Assembly: GCA_051294375.1 (NCBI GenBank)
Contig: CM119270.1
Span: 19,378,380-19,442,379 of the forward strand
Direction of reading: 5' to 3'
Source of the DNA: Paraspadella gotoi
Lineage: Eukaryota; Animalia; Chaetognatha
DNA: 64,000 nt
A program made the translations under genes and the position numbers. Under the pieces are notes generated by a model. The model was given only the letters and a program-made list of their open reading frames with translations, searched no databases and was not told where the DNA came from. Positions 50,534-64,000 of this stretch are shown piece by piece (position 1 is the stretch's first letter; each line of letters begins with the position of its first letter).

Positions 50534-51730
50534 CTGTCGGAAATGGTCGTCCGTTCTCCTCCAAATATTCGCCCTTAAAGTGAATAGATTTCCCAACTCG
50601 CAATATTCCATGACGATGGAAAAGTTGAGTTGGTTGTCGTCGTCGTCTTCGTTTTCGAAACATTTGAAAATGTTGAGAATGTTCTCGTGATCTTGACACT
50701 TGCGTTGGGCTGAGAAATGGGGATAAATCAATCAATTAATCAATTTTTTAATCTTTCAATTATTATATTTCCTAAACTATCACTGAATAATCCTGATGAA
50801 TAATCACTGATTAACGGTCAATCCATCACGTGTAATTTATATAACTTAATACATATATATATTAAGGCGGGCTAAAATTGAACACTTTGTATAACTTCTC
50901 GTTCTTTCAAAAATTCCTTTTTTCCTTCTATTACGAAATCGGTTTTCAAAGCAACTTTTTGAATTAGTTCATTGGGTTGTTGCACTGAAGCTTTTAAATA
51001 TTTATTAATATATAACAAATGACAAAAAATTTTTATAAATTATTAAACGGATTCCTATAGAGCTTAAAAGTTAAATAAAAGTACTACAATTTTTTTTTTA
51101 AATTTTGACAATAAATGATTAAAATATAAAAAAATTTAAATCATCATCATTGGCTGAATTTTATAGTTTTTTAAAATTTTTATCAATAAAACAAAAATTT
51201 AAAAAGTTGTTAATAACCTTTATCTAATTTGAAACTCTACCAGAATCTATTTAAAAAAATGAAAAATTAAGAAAAAATTTTAACTATTAGTAATAAATTA
51301 ATCTTTTAATGATTCCGTGCGCTTATCGATTAAGATAAATTTTAAAAACTATTTTATTTCATATCTCTAACAGTCACTTAACATTATTTATTGAGAACTA
51401 TTAGTTTCACCTGTTCCGGCCTAACATATATATCTCAATCTATCAATAAATTAATAAATCAGTACACCGATTTAATAATACTTCAATCAATCACTGATTC
51501 AATCAATCATTCAAACCCACACCTTTCCACCATACCCTCTATCTCGTTTCTGGCCCAGTCTATCTCTTGTTTCTGCAAGTTGATCTCCTTCACGGCCACC
51601 ATTCTCTCCACGCTGTGATCTTGAGCCAAGAAAACCGAACCGAAATTTCTTCGCCCAGAATCTTGACGTTTTTGTAATTCGTGGCGTGACCGCGAATCGA
51701 CGCGCGGCGCCACTGTTGCGTTCTATCCAT
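50534..51730 (-). pseudogene. duplicate of kinase exons 1-2 with frameshifts (likely artefactual copy)
   Basis: 51730-51536 and 50709-50534 match exons 1 and 2 with single-base deletions; truncated at the 25-N gap. Confidence 0.7.
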
Positions 51731-54616
51731 GACGTCGTGGTTCCCGGTTTTTATTTAGTTAAATCTCAGTTTGTATTTTGTGCGATCAGGGAGGAGGAGG
51801 TGGTTGCATCCCGGAACCGGAACTTCCGCGTCCGCATGACGTGGCGGGTTGGGGGGGAGTTATTGTTCTACTGTTGTGGAGATTAGCGACGGCAAAATGC
51901 GGGTTGTTGCTGGTTTAAGAAAAAATTAAAAAGGTTTTAAGTTCTTAAAAGTCGTCGATCACATTATTCGATCCTTAATTGAGAGGAAAAACACGAAAAT
52001 CCCAGTTGGAGATCCAAGTTTCCTTTTTATGTCGAAGGCAAAGGGCGAATTGTGAAAGACGAAATACGGCGAATTACGTACTTGAGGCGAATGACTGAAT
52101 TTGAAAGGCGATTGGTAAATGGAAAGGAATGAATGACAAAGTTAGTGTTAATTGAAATAAAAATATCAAATAAGTAATCTTGCAAATTTTCATAAAAAAA
52201 AATATTTCGAGCGAAAGAAATATGCTAAACATTTTGATAATTTGAATAAAGAACTAAAAATATCATGAAAATAAATTTAGCAAGAGGATTGTCGAATTAT
52301 GAAGTCGAAAACTGAAAGGCGAAAAATCCAGACTCGATTCGTCAAGTTGACTTTGAAATCGAGACAATTTTCAAGACTCAAAACTCGTTCGACGCTCGAC
52401 ACCAAATTACTACTTTTTTTATATATTATTCCTTTCTTGATTTTTCTTTTTCCCGGGGAATTTTATTCTCCCCTTTTTTCGCCCCGGATTTTGTACATTG
52501 ACTTGCTTTTTTTTTGCTTTATTTTCTCGCTTTGTTATGTTTTTCTTTGATGATTTTAATTTGGTTTCAATTCGTCGAGTTGGCAGACGATATTTTTATT
52601 TTGAGTTTCGATCTCCCGGAACGGGGTGCGTCGTGATAGAGAGAGAGACGATTGACGACTACAGAGAGAGAGAGACCAGTAGTTTAAACGAGTCAAATTC
52701 CAGTTTTAATGTCGTCAGCGACTTTCAACATTCGCTCAAGAGAATGAAAAACACTTTTTTTTTCTAATCATTCGAAATCCAGGGACAGTTTTCTTAATTT
52801 TTTTTTTTAATTTTTTTTTTTGATCGCTTTTCTTCCCGGAAAGAATGAATCAGTCTCTTTGCAGGGGAGAAGGGAAGGGCTATAAACAGCCTAAGCCGAT
52901 GCAAGGCGCGACCGAAAAGCGTATTAAAGTATTTCTACTCTAAATCTTCTTATTTTATTCTTTTTTTTTTCGAAAATAAATATTTTTGCCCCCGAGTCGA
53001 AATACGTCACCGAATTTTTTTTTTCAGCAGATCCCGATCCTATCATTCACTTTGTCGGTCTGTCGGTCCGCCCCTCAATCTTGTCGGTAAATCATTTTTA
53101 TCATGTCAGAACATCGTTATGATAAATTATGCAAAAAAAAAAAAAAATGTCCACCCGTCCCACCTTAGAAAAAACTTCAGTTACTCGTGATTGGGTGGTG
53201 GATTGGAATGAATGAGCGGAAATGAGTTTAAATGGGGAAAAAACATAAGTCGCATTTACTAAAATCTTTTTACTTATTTTAACCAATAATTACTCTTAAT
53301 CCTAATTAAAAAAATTTCCGAGTTAAAAAAAATTAAAAAATCATTGTGATTTATCATCTGATTAGCTAATTACCGCTTAATTATCGTAGGCAGATCCGAC
53401 ATTGTTTGCTCAAACTTGTTTTTCTCTTCCAAGTTTTGATTTAAATTGGACCTCGAAGGCAGAAAAAAATTAGGGTAACGATGCCAGATCTGCTCAAAAT
53501 CAGCTAATCAATGATTAATCCTAAAATATTTTTTATTTAAGAATCTACTAATCATATATTATAGTTTATAGTTTTGAATTTTAACTAGCCAACAATTGTT
53601 TAATTTATTTTTTTCACGTTGTGGCCTTAATAAATATATGCTGTATTTAACTACTAGTAGTAGTACTAGTAGTATACTATCTTTATTGTTGTTCACTTAA
53701 AGGCATAGTCTTAACCGTGAACCTTATCGTTGTGGGACTGACGGACCGACTTAGAGAGCCGCATCTTCGTTTAAGCAGGTCTGGCTAAAATTGTTAGCCG
53801 ATATTTCCACTTTGTACAGATTTGATGATTTTCTATAACTTATTGCCGAATGAATAGACTCTGAAATATATACAATTTGTGCTTTAAAAAAATTTAAATA
53901 TTTATTCTAACTCTATTACTGCTAAGTTTTAGTAAATTCTAACTGTTGCTATAGATGTAAAAATTCCATTTTTTTTCAAATACACTATGTCGTTTATTAA
54001 TTAGGCAGGAAAATTCAGCAGCAACATACAAACAATTTTACATTCAAAATAGAAAATTTGTGAAGGCACATTTGTCATATACAGTTTTTAAAAAGTACAA
54101 TTTGACAGAAGAAAAAAATTATTAAAATTGCGAAGAGATTTGTATCTTACTTAAAAATTATCAAATTGATTTAGGGAAAGGAGGAAAAATCATCACTTTA
54201 AAGACTTATCACATATACAAACAGTCTTGAACAGAATTAAATATTCGATATCTCATTATTTAAACACACGTCAATAACAATCGATGTCAACTGAATAGGA
54301 CATACTAATAGGACATACCAATATGACATAGAAATAGGTCATAGAACATACTAATAGGACATAGAACAATACTAATAGAATATAGGTCATAAGACATAGA
54401 AATAGGTCATAGAATACTAATAGAACATAGAATATAGGTCAAAGGAATACTAATAGATCATATAAACATAGGTTATTAGACATACTAATATTAAACCCGG
54501 ATTTTTTGTAAAAAAAATTTAGAGTTTTAAGTTTTTAAGAAAAAAAAAATAAAAATGATAACGTTGCCACGAAAGAAATTATTATTAAAAACTAGAAAAA
54601 ATAAATGGTTCATTGT

Positions 54617-55198
54617 TATATTCGACGACTTTGATTCTTTTGCGAAATACCATCGCGGCTCGTTTTCGTAAAGAGGGTTGAAAGGATCTTGGGGATTGCT
54701 TTGCACATTGAAATCTGCAACGCCGTCGATAATATTTTTCTCCCTTGGGTTGACCCGCTGCTCTCCAGAGACACTGTAGGAATTCTCGTGGTTGAATTTA
54801 ATCTTCCTGACTTCTTCATAGTCAATCTTGTCCCACGGCTGCCAGCAGAGGCCACAGGCTGGAGTCCCCCATCCAGATTTCTTTTTGGTAATATCCGCTG
54901 CGGATCCATAAGTCGTCCAGCATTGGGAGAGCTGCATAGATTTTCGCCTGTCCATTACCACGGGCATCCACATGCCTTGACCATCTTCGTCCAGCCGGGC
55001 TCCGTCTCGCGACCCGGAGGAGGCATCGCAGAGGGAAGCCCCGCGTGGAACGTTGCGGGGTTCCGTTCCTATCGTATTCCGCAATAGAAGATCAACTGCT
55101 GCATTTCGAGATACGGTGTGCAGGAACATGCATATCCTCCATAAATGGCGTGAAGTGACCGGACGAATGAGGAAGGACGGGTCAGAAGACATTTTCAT
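54617..55198 (-). pseudogene. frameshifted duplicate of the 194-aa ORF (likely artefactual copy)
   Basis: near-identical to 39963-40547 with several 1-nt indels. Confidence 0.6.
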
Positions 55199-55730
55199 CG
55201 ATGAGTTGGTTTTTGATGTGATTATAAAAGGAGAAGAAATTGTTACGAAGATCAGCGAAAAAAGTTTAGTCTTTAGGGCGACAAATTGACTTTGAGTTGA
55301 GCGAGGAAGGGACGATGTAGCGAGATAGAAAAGACAGAAATAGATTGTATCGATACGGAGCTTCGTATTTTTTGAGCAAATATGGGCGTAGATTTATCGG
55401 CAAGAGAGAATTTTGTGAACATCGAATGAAATCTTGAGGGTCGAGCCTCGGTTTTTTGGGCAATGGTTGGGTGGGAAGAGGAAGAGGAAGCCAGAGATAG
55501 TGAAAAAAGGGTTTCAAAGAAAAGGCTTCACCCTATTGTGAGATTAAAAGAAGCGAAAGACGGAGACAAAAGATAGAGAGAGAGAGGGGGGGGGGAGAGT
55601 TCGCGGAAAAGAATAATAGGTAAAGAGAGAGAGAGAGAGAAATGAATTGTATTGTACCAAGGAAACGGGCTTTGGATACGTTGTGCATAAAAAGCTAAAT
55701 CAATTTACAAAAAAATATTTACAGGTGTTC

Positions 55731-55761
<31 letters not shown>

Positions 55762-57386
55762 GCGAGAAGATACTAACCGGACGTTTACTGTCCTCAAAAA
55801 AACAGTAAATGTCAACGATTACAATTTCGATTCTCGAACTCGAGTCGAGACGGAGAACGACGAAAATAACAACAACAGCAACAACAACACACAACTCGTC
55901 CGATGAATTGGAATCGATGACCTCAACTAAGAAACCCGATCACGTGACCCAAAAAATGGACCCAGAATTATCTGACCTCGACTGCATCGCCTCTCCCGCT
56001 CACTTCTGAACAGAACTGTACATGTTCAATATCCTAGTTTGACATATCGATATCCTAGTTTGACTGGAATCCTATTCCCCATCTTTCTTCACTCTACAAA
56101 AAAGAAGCTTTATTCACGGTCTATAATTGTAGTAGACATAAAAATTTAATGTAACACACTGTTGAACTAATGTCGCCTTAAGGAATGATAAAACATCCAG
56201 GTGCAATAGAATCTATTCAAATCAAATCAAATCACTTCTGACCAGACATCGATCCGAGCCAGGTGGCTCAGTCATTTTCATTGTCCGCTCTTTAATCTTT
56301 ATTCGTTTCGAAGCCACACGTTGTATTCTTTTCCGCTTTAATTGTTTTCTTACCGTCATTTATTTCTCTCTCTTTGTCCAAAATATTACATGAGACCTGA
56401 CCATAAAAATTTCGTAAAATATCCGTTAAAACTGAATAACCATTTATTAATTCTATATTTTCAAATTTTCATATTTATTTTCTATCATCAATCAATCGGC
56501 AATATTGTGTCGTCGCTATCATCGTCGTCGTTGCTTTTGTCGTGTTCAGTGACGAAAAAACTTTAAAAGAAACATTTCGGATCAAATTGATTAATTAATA
56601 AATTACCGCTAATGATCGTGGGCAGATCCGACATGGTTTGCTCAAACCTGTTTTTTTAATTTTCGAATCAGTCATATCTAGTGCGAACTTTAAAAGAATC
56701 TTGCGAAATACAGTCATAACCTTTGTCTCTTTGATAAATAAAGTTGAGTCTGTGACTTATTTTGGTAGTTTTAATGTCGGGAGCGAAAGAAACAAACAAC
56801 TAACAACGTTTCTCTTTGCATATATTTAATTCTAGCAAACGTCACTTACAATTTATAATATATAATATATAATTATAATATATTACCACGATTAAATTAT
56901 TTCCCGGAATTCGCTTTATATTTACAACATTCCACAAAGATTTAAAAAAAAGTTTTCAGTGAAATTCCTTCTTTTAAACTTCTTTCCCTTCTTCTCTTCT
57001 ATCTCCCTTTTCCCTTACCTTCTAAATTCCAATCACCCCACACAAAAAAAATTTGGTTAATCAGTTATAAAATAAGTTATAAGTGATATTGTTTGTTTGT
57101 TGATGATGATGGTACTGAATCAACCTCGTTGTATTCGAATAAAATCGCATATATTAGTCTTTGATGAAGCGATAATAAATAGCTCTCTCTCTCTCATTAG
57201 TTAATGAATTGAATAATCAATCAAATTAACATATTATGCATGAATAATTTGATTAATTTATAAATTAATAAACGCGTTAATTTAAATGAAAGGAAGAATA
57301 AAATAATAAAAATTTATACCGCACTCCCTTTTCCCCATTTTCGGACCTCATTAATAAACCTGACTGGTGTCCATTTCTCATAAATT

Positions 57387-57430
<44 letters not shown>

Positions 57431-58455
57431 ATTCTCTCTCTCTTTCTCTAATCCCCTTTCTTTTGTCGAATCGCCGAGGGGTTTTCCAGTGGACGTCCGA
57501 CTGCCAAAGGCCAACGATCCCGGTTAATCCTCTTGGATATCTCTCTCTCTCTTTCTCTCTTTCTCTCTCTACTCCGCTGTTCCATTCTCCTCCCAGGCTC
57601 TCCCTCTACAGTTCTGTCTTTTTTCCAATAGCAGTTCTTCCTCTGTCGCGATTTCCTTCACAGTTCAACACTTATGAAATTGGTACAACCAATATAAAAA
57701 TTATCCATTCATTTAATATCTAAGCTATCTTGCCCCTGACTTTGGACAAGCTTTGGTGGTTTAAGGCTTCTATCACTAATACAAGATAATGACATAGCAG
57801 GTCCCTGCAAGACTCTCTCACAGTCTCTTTTATTCACTCCCAGAGTACTTGGCTATCATTATATTTTTTTCTAATATGTATTTTAACCATTTTCTTAAAA
57901 GTTAATTATTATTATTTTATAATCGTTTAGTTTTAAGTTTTTCTCTAACTCATATATAACCGTTATGCATCGATCTCTTTATATTGCAATCTTCCGTTTC
58001 TCCAAACCACCCAATCCTCGTCACCACTTCCGTTAGCCTTCCACCCAAACTCAACCCTCCTATTCCACCTTCCCGCCTCCACCCTCCAGTTTTCCATCTT
58101 CCCACCCCTACCTCCCATGTTTCCTTCTTTCCCCTACCCACCCCCTCGGGAGAAGTCATTTCCATTCCTCATCGGATTCAGTCGGCGGAGTTTCATTGGC
58201 AGCGTTTTTGATTCGGGGATTTGACCTTTGCGAGACGTAAAAAACTCTCTCTCTCTCTCTCTCTGTCTCACTCTCTCTCTTACTCTCTCTTTCTCTCTCT
58301 CTTCTATGCTACAAGATGGTTATTTTTCACACTGTTTTTACAATATTCGTATTTTTTTTAAATTTTTTTATGCTTTTATCTTTCTTTTGTTTTTACTTGG
58401 AGTTGTGCAAGGAAGTTTTCGCGCAATAAAATCCTAAGAGCCTTTTCTCTTCCTC

Positions 58456-58495
<40 letters not shown>

Positions 58496-58605
58496 TTTCC
58501 GTAAACATCTGTTAATTTCTTCTCATCTCCTACCTCTATTTGCGTTTCTCAATTTCGTTTTGCAGGCGCCTCGTATTTCACCCATACTTTCCCAGACTCT
58601 CTCTC

Positions 58606-58643
<38 letters not shown>

Positions 58644-59194
58644 GAAGGATTGTTCCTTTGTTTGAGCGGAAGACTTTGCTTCTGTTTCCGCCTGACGTGA
58701 ATAAGTGATGAGGTAACGGCGGCGGCGGCGGCGGCGGCTGCACTGGCGAATCGAATCCAAAGTGTGAAGAGGCTTTCTGGCGAGAAAGTAGGTTCGACTC
58801 AAATCGTAGTTGTGGTCGCTCTGGCCTTTTATGTTGTTATCTGTGTCATGATTTAATTAATTAATTAATTAAATCAATTATATGCTACAAAATTATGGTT
58901 TCGTGATTTCTTTATTATTTTATTTTTGTTATCACGGAAGTCGATTCATTGTCTAACATTAAATAAACGCGCAATGAAACAGAAGTCATATAATTGCAGC
59001 CAAAAAATATTCTAAAAACTCGTAATGAAAAGCAGTCATGTTAAATAAAATGATAAAACAAGTTACTGTGGTAAAAATAACGTCGTAAAAATAACTTTTA
59101 ATAAAATACAATTTATTTATTAAATGAATGGATTATTCTTTCCGTTTTTTTCGTTTCAAGAAATACGTTTTAACCCAGACAAGTGTATCAGAAA

Positions 59195-59251
<57 letters not shown>

Positions 59252-59712
59252 GAATTTGATTATGGAATATATGTCCAAAGAGAAGGTCACGCCCTCGGAT
59301 CGGACGGTCGAACTTCCGCCCCCCGCCTCCTCTCTCCACGTCGATTTTTTTAAATATTATTTTCTTACTATTTTTGTTAACTTTTGAAATTTTTTTTGTA
59401 TTTATGACGAGTGTATACACTGTATAGAAACAAGAAAAATATAAGGAGAGAGAGGGAGAAAGAAAGTATTCAAAGTGTGACAGAGAGTAAGAGAACGAAA
59501 GAGAGACAGAGAGAGAGAGATATATATACAGAGAGAGTCACATCCTTAACACATCATCTCTCTTTCTGTCTCCCTCTCCCTCTCTCTCTCTCTCCTTCAA
59601 CGTGCAAACTCACCAATGGCGAAGATGAGATGGTGAGTCACCATCTCATCTTCGCTCGAATTCAAACCTGAGGTCGAAAAAAATTTACAAACAAAGAAAC
59701 AATTTCTATTGA

Positions 59713-59744
<32 letters not shown>

Positions 59745-59859
59745 CCTTCTCTCTCTCTCTCTCTCTTCTAACGTGCAAACTCACCATCTCATCTCCGCTC
59801 GAATTCAAACCTCGTGTCGGAGAAAATGCGAACAAAAGAAACGATTTATCTTGACTCGC

Positions 59860-59894
<35 letters not shown>

Positions 59895-59965
59895 ACTCTC
59901 TCTTCTCTCTCTCTCTTCTCTCTCTCTCTCTCTCTCTCTCTTCTACATAACATCTCTCGTTGTAG

Positions 59966-60200
59966 CCTCTAGGCGATTCTGGGGGAAAACTGACGTGAAG
60001 AGGGTTTGATGTCGGTGGGCGTTGACGTCCAGAGGGTTAGCTTGGCGTGGTTTGGCGTGACGCGGATGCTGACTTGTTGTCACGTTGCGGCATCAGGTTT
60101 GGCATTGGTTGGCGCGGTGTGGCGTGTCGCAGTGTTGCTTGGCGCATTTTATGTTGGTGTCAAGGCACCATGACGATCGGCCTTGGGCAGCCTTCACGCG
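59966..60200 (+). CDS. possible exon with transmembrane segment (noisy; other copy ~45681-45932)
   Basis: ttgtag acceptor, GTGAGT donor, GC-rich; one frame reads VAASGLALVGAVWRVAVLLGAFY; frame broken by indels. Confidence 0.35.
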
Positions 60201-60281
60201 GTGAGTGAAGGAGGAAAAATATGTGGGTGAGGCTAATAATGCAGAGGGTGAGTGTTGTAAGACTAAGAGGGTAACTATAGC

Positions 60282-60334
<53 letters not shown>

Positions 60335-60889
60335 AAGAAATGATTAGGAAGAGGACAATCTCTTTTGTTTGTGGCGATGGTGACGTCGTTTCCTATGTTA
60401 AGTTCAAAGTCAATAGCTGGCAGATTATTGTTGTTGTTGTTGTTGTCGTTGTTGTTGTCGTGTGATGTACAAGAAGAGGAAAGTCGGTGAAAAGAAAGTT
60501 GAAAAGCGATTGGAATGTAAGTAAAAAGAGGTCGAAAGGAGATTTAAAGGAGGTGGAAAAGAGGTGGAAAGAAGTTGAAAAGAAGTGGATAGATGGTGGA
60601 AAAAAAGAGGAACAGAGGTGGAATGGAAGTAGAAAGGAGATTTAAAGGAGGTGGAAAAGAGGTGGAAAGAAGTTGGAAAAGATGTGGATAGAAAATGAAA
60701 AAGAAGTGGATAGAAGGTGGAAAAGAGGTGGTAAAGAGGTGGAAAAGAGGTAGAAAAAGGGAAAATAAAGAGAGGTAGGGATGGAGGAATTTTTTTTTCC
60801 TCTTTTTTCCTCCATTTCTCATTCCCTAATCCTCCACCATGATTTGACGTCGCAAGAACCGATCGACCAAATAGTTTTTTTTTCATCAG

Positions 60890-60992
60890 CCGCCGCAGCA
60901 GCCGCCGCCGCTGCCGGCTGATGCTGCCGCTGCCGCCTTCCTATGATGCTGTCGCTGACACCGCCTCCAGCTCTGCCGAGACCGAACTTTAA
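60890..60992 (+). CDS. possible terminal exon ending LPPSYDAVADTASSSAETEL* (other copy ~46620-46752)
   Basis: T-tract + catcag acceptor; open frame to TAA 60990-60992; PPxY motif and C-terminal T-E-L. Confidence 0.4.
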
Positions 60993-62227
60993 CCCACATT
61001 ACGACGCGCCCAGGCATTTTTTTACCCAGAGCGATCTTCTTTCCCCTTCATGCTCTTAATCGTACGCTTACCCACCCTAAAAGCCGCGCCCAAAAATTCA
61101 AACCCATTTTCAAAATTCTGCCTCCCCCTTTTCCTTCGCTTACCATCGGTTCCTAACCTCCCCCCCCCGGCGATTCAACCGCCCCTCTCCCACGGCCCGC
61201 CACTTTAACCATTAAGCAGCGCCACCTTCGCTTCCTCCTAATGTTCAGCGCTCGTGGCGGCCACCGAACCATTTAACTTTCGCTCGCCGTCTCCCTATCA
61301 AAAANNNNNNNNNNNNNNNNNNNNNNNNNNNNNNNNNNNNNNNNNNNNNNNNNNNNNNNNNNNNNNNNNNNNNNNNNNNNNNNNNNNNNNNNNNNNNNNN
61401 NNNNNNNNNNNNNNNNNNNNNNNNNNNNNNNNNNNNNNNNNNNNNNNNNNNNNNNNNNNNNNNNNNNNNNNNNNNNNNNNNNNNNNNNNNNNNNNNNNNN
61501 NNNNNNNNNNNNNNNNNNNNNNNNNNNNNNNNNNNNNNNNNNNNNNNNNNNNNNNNNNNNNNNNNNNNNNNNNNNNNNNNNNNNNNNNNNNNNNNNNNNN
61601 NNNNNNNNNNNNNNNNNNNNNNNNNNNNNNNNNNNNNNNNNNNNNNNNNNNNNNNNNNNNNNNNNNNNNNNNNNNNNNNNNNNNNNNNNNNNNNNNNNNN
61701 NNNNNNNNNNNNNNNNNNNNNNNNNNNNNNNNNNNNNNNNNNNNNNNNNNNNNNNNNNNNNNNNNNNNNNNNNNNNNNNNNNNNNNNNNNNNNNNNNNNN
61801 NNNNNNNNNNNNNNNNNNNNNNNNNNNNNNNNNNNNNNNNNNNNNNNNNNNNNNNNNNNNNNNNNNNNNNNNNNNNNNNNNNNNNNNNNNNNNNNNNNNN
61901 NNNNNNNNNNNNNNNNNNNNNNNNNNNNNNNNNNNNNNNNNNNNNNNNNNNNNNNNNNNNNNNNNNNNNNNNNNNNNNNNNNNNNNNNNNNNNNNNNNNN
62001 NNNNNNNNNNNNNNNNNNNNNNNNNNNNNNNNNNNNNNNNNNNNNNNNNNNNNNNNNNNNNNNNNNNNNNNNNNNNNNNNNNNNNNNNNNNNNNNNNNNN
62101 NNNNNNNNNNNNNNNNNNNNNNNNNNNNNNNNNNNNNNNNNNNNNNNNNNNNNNNNNNNNNNNNNNNNNNNNNNNNNNNNNNNNNNNNNNNNNNNNNNNN
62201 NNNNNNNNNNNNNNNNNNNNNNNNNNN

Positions 62228-62265
<38 letters not shown>

Positions 62266-62351
62266 GCGACGCAGTTACGTTTATTTATCGTTTTTTCTCG
62301 TCAAACCGGAAATGACGTTAGAGAGCAAGTGACGCCGACGCCAACGATGAA

Positions 62352-62382
<31 letters not shown>

Positions 62383-63803
62383 ATTATGATTATAATGATG
62401 ACAATGATAACGAATGTAGATAAAATTGACAATGACATCAGTGTTGAAAATAAATATCAGTCACAACTTAAAAGCGAAACATGATGACATGACATGAACG
62501 AAAATGTCGCTTAAAAAAGGAAGAGAAAATATAAGTAACAACAACAACAACGACGACAACAACAACAACGAAACCAACATGAACGACGCCCTCTCGTCGA
62601 CTCGACGCTTCTGAGTGTGACAACCCAGATGGCGACGACGACTTGGACGACGACGACGNNNNNNNNNNNNNNNNNNNNNNNNNNNNNNNNNNNNNNNNNN
62701 NNNNNNNNNNNNNNNNNNNNNNNNNNNNNNNNNNNNNNNNNNNNNNNNNNNNNNNNNNNNNNNNNNNNNNNNNNNNNNNNNNNNNNNNNNNNNNNNNNNN
62801 NNNNNNNNNNNNNNNNNNNNNNNNNNNNNNNNNNNNNNNNNNNNNNNNNNNNNNNNNNNNNNNNNNNNNNNNNNNNGATTTTGCGTTTAATAGTTTATCA
62901 TTACGACGACGGCGACTGCGACGATAACGACGACGATAACGACGATAACGTCGAGGACGACGACGCAAGGAGATGGCAGTTTTACGACTTTTAAAGCTTT
63001 TTCGTTCCCGGCGACAATTTATTTATTTTTATCAATTTATTTGATTTCTTGTTTATGTTTTATTTTTTGAAGTGTTTTATTTTTAAATTTACACTTTTTC
63101 TTTACCACCCTATTACTGAATTTATATTTCACAGAGGTTTATTCATATTTCAAATTATTTAGTTTCTCTCTCTCTCAATCTCTCTCTCTCTCTCTCTCTC
63201 TCNNNNNNNNNNNNNNNNNNNNNNNNNNNNNNNNNNNNNNNNNNNNNNNNNNNNNNNNNNNNNNNNNNNNNNNNNNNNNNNNNNNNNNNNNNNNNNNNNN
63301 NNNNNNNNNNNNNNNNNNNNNNNNNNNNNNNNNNNNNNNNNNNNNNNNNNNNNNNNNNNNNNNNNNNCCCCTTCTCCCAGCATCTCAGTTTGTTTACGTC
63401 AATTGGTTTTGTTTACATCAATCCGTTTGTTTATTTTCCTTCTTTTTTCTTCCTCTCGATCAAATTTCTCGTCGGCGAGAAATAAAAAGAAATAAGATAT
63501 TTTTTTCAATCATTTCGTTTGATATTTGTTATTCGTTCCACGAGAGGCGGGGGGGGGGAGGTGTAAGCGAACCATCAAACCGCGAGAGGAAATATATTCG
63601 AGTTATTAAAAAGAATGTCTGTTTATGTATCAAAATATTCCGTGACAATGAAAATATGAATAAAATGTTATAACAGAGGTAATGGCGCGCGAAAAGAAAG
63701 AAAGAAAAAAATTAATAAAAAAAATATAAATAAAAAAATATGTCAATTTGTATTCCGCGGATGAAGTCAGAAAAATCGACATTGAGTCTGTCTTTCCTCT
63801 CAC

Positions 63804-64000
63804 CGTTGGCGCCGCTCGTGTCGCCGTTGGCGTTGCCGTTGGCGTTGCCGTCGGCGTTGCCGTTGGCGTTGCCGCTGGCGTCGCAGTTGGCGCCGGCTAG
63901 AACTGCCATTAAAGATACTGGCGATGCCATAATTTTCGGTACCATCGAAGCGACTGGTTTCACGGAAGGACAACCACCGACTGCTTCGACATTCGACACC
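63804..64000 (-). CDS. probable exon truncated by window edge (GNAN repeats), unknown protein
   Basis: GC-rich open frame, 12-bp repeat gttggcgttgcc, donor G|GTGAGA; two frames are open so the frame is uncertain. Confidence 0.45.

Larger units (their letters stand above)
35540..63498 (+). repeat. ~14-kb tandem duplication (35540-50240 = 50266-~63498)
   Basis: colinear identity from acccgcaaatcggg to aaataaaaagaa; differences mostly 1-nt indels; joined by exactly 25 N. Confidence 0.95.

Noticed and set aside
50534-55198. Genuine paralogs or pseudogenes of the kinase and orphan gene
   Set aside because: Indel-dominated differences and the 25-N junction point to an assembly artefact.
62468-62994. 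Protamine-like Arg-rich ORF and Asp/Thr-rich ORFs
   Set aside because: Built from (GAC/GAT)n triplet repeats across a gap; no frame is clearly preferred.

Overview
Draft-assembly eukaryotic DNA, probably a metazoan invertebrate (taxon not determinable). It is AT-rich, dense in (AG)n/(CT)n microsatellites, and has several N gaps. Most ORF-track entries are microsatellite or antisense noise. The main gene is a 14-exon minus-strand gene (37039->26255, 5601 nt, ~1866 aa; every junction is GT-AG and phase-compatible). It encodes an N-terminal STK35/PDIK1L-like Ser/Thr kinase, a >1000-aa low-complexity linker with an SP-rich 6-aa repeat, and a C-terminal pseudokinase (HRA for HRD, GFS for DFG). Several of its introns have complementary 5' and 3' ends. 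Other contents: a 1011-nt symmetric plus-strand exon followed by a dense TCAC (YCAY) cluster; an intronless 194-aa orphan ORF; fragments of a possible membrane-protein gene; a Penelope-type minimal hammerhead ribozyme inside a 77-bp inverted repeat; tRNA-derived SINEs, MITE/Helentron-like elements and LINE RT fragments. 35540-50240 is repeated at 50266-~63500 across a 25-N spacer with indel noise, most likely a gap-filling artefact.
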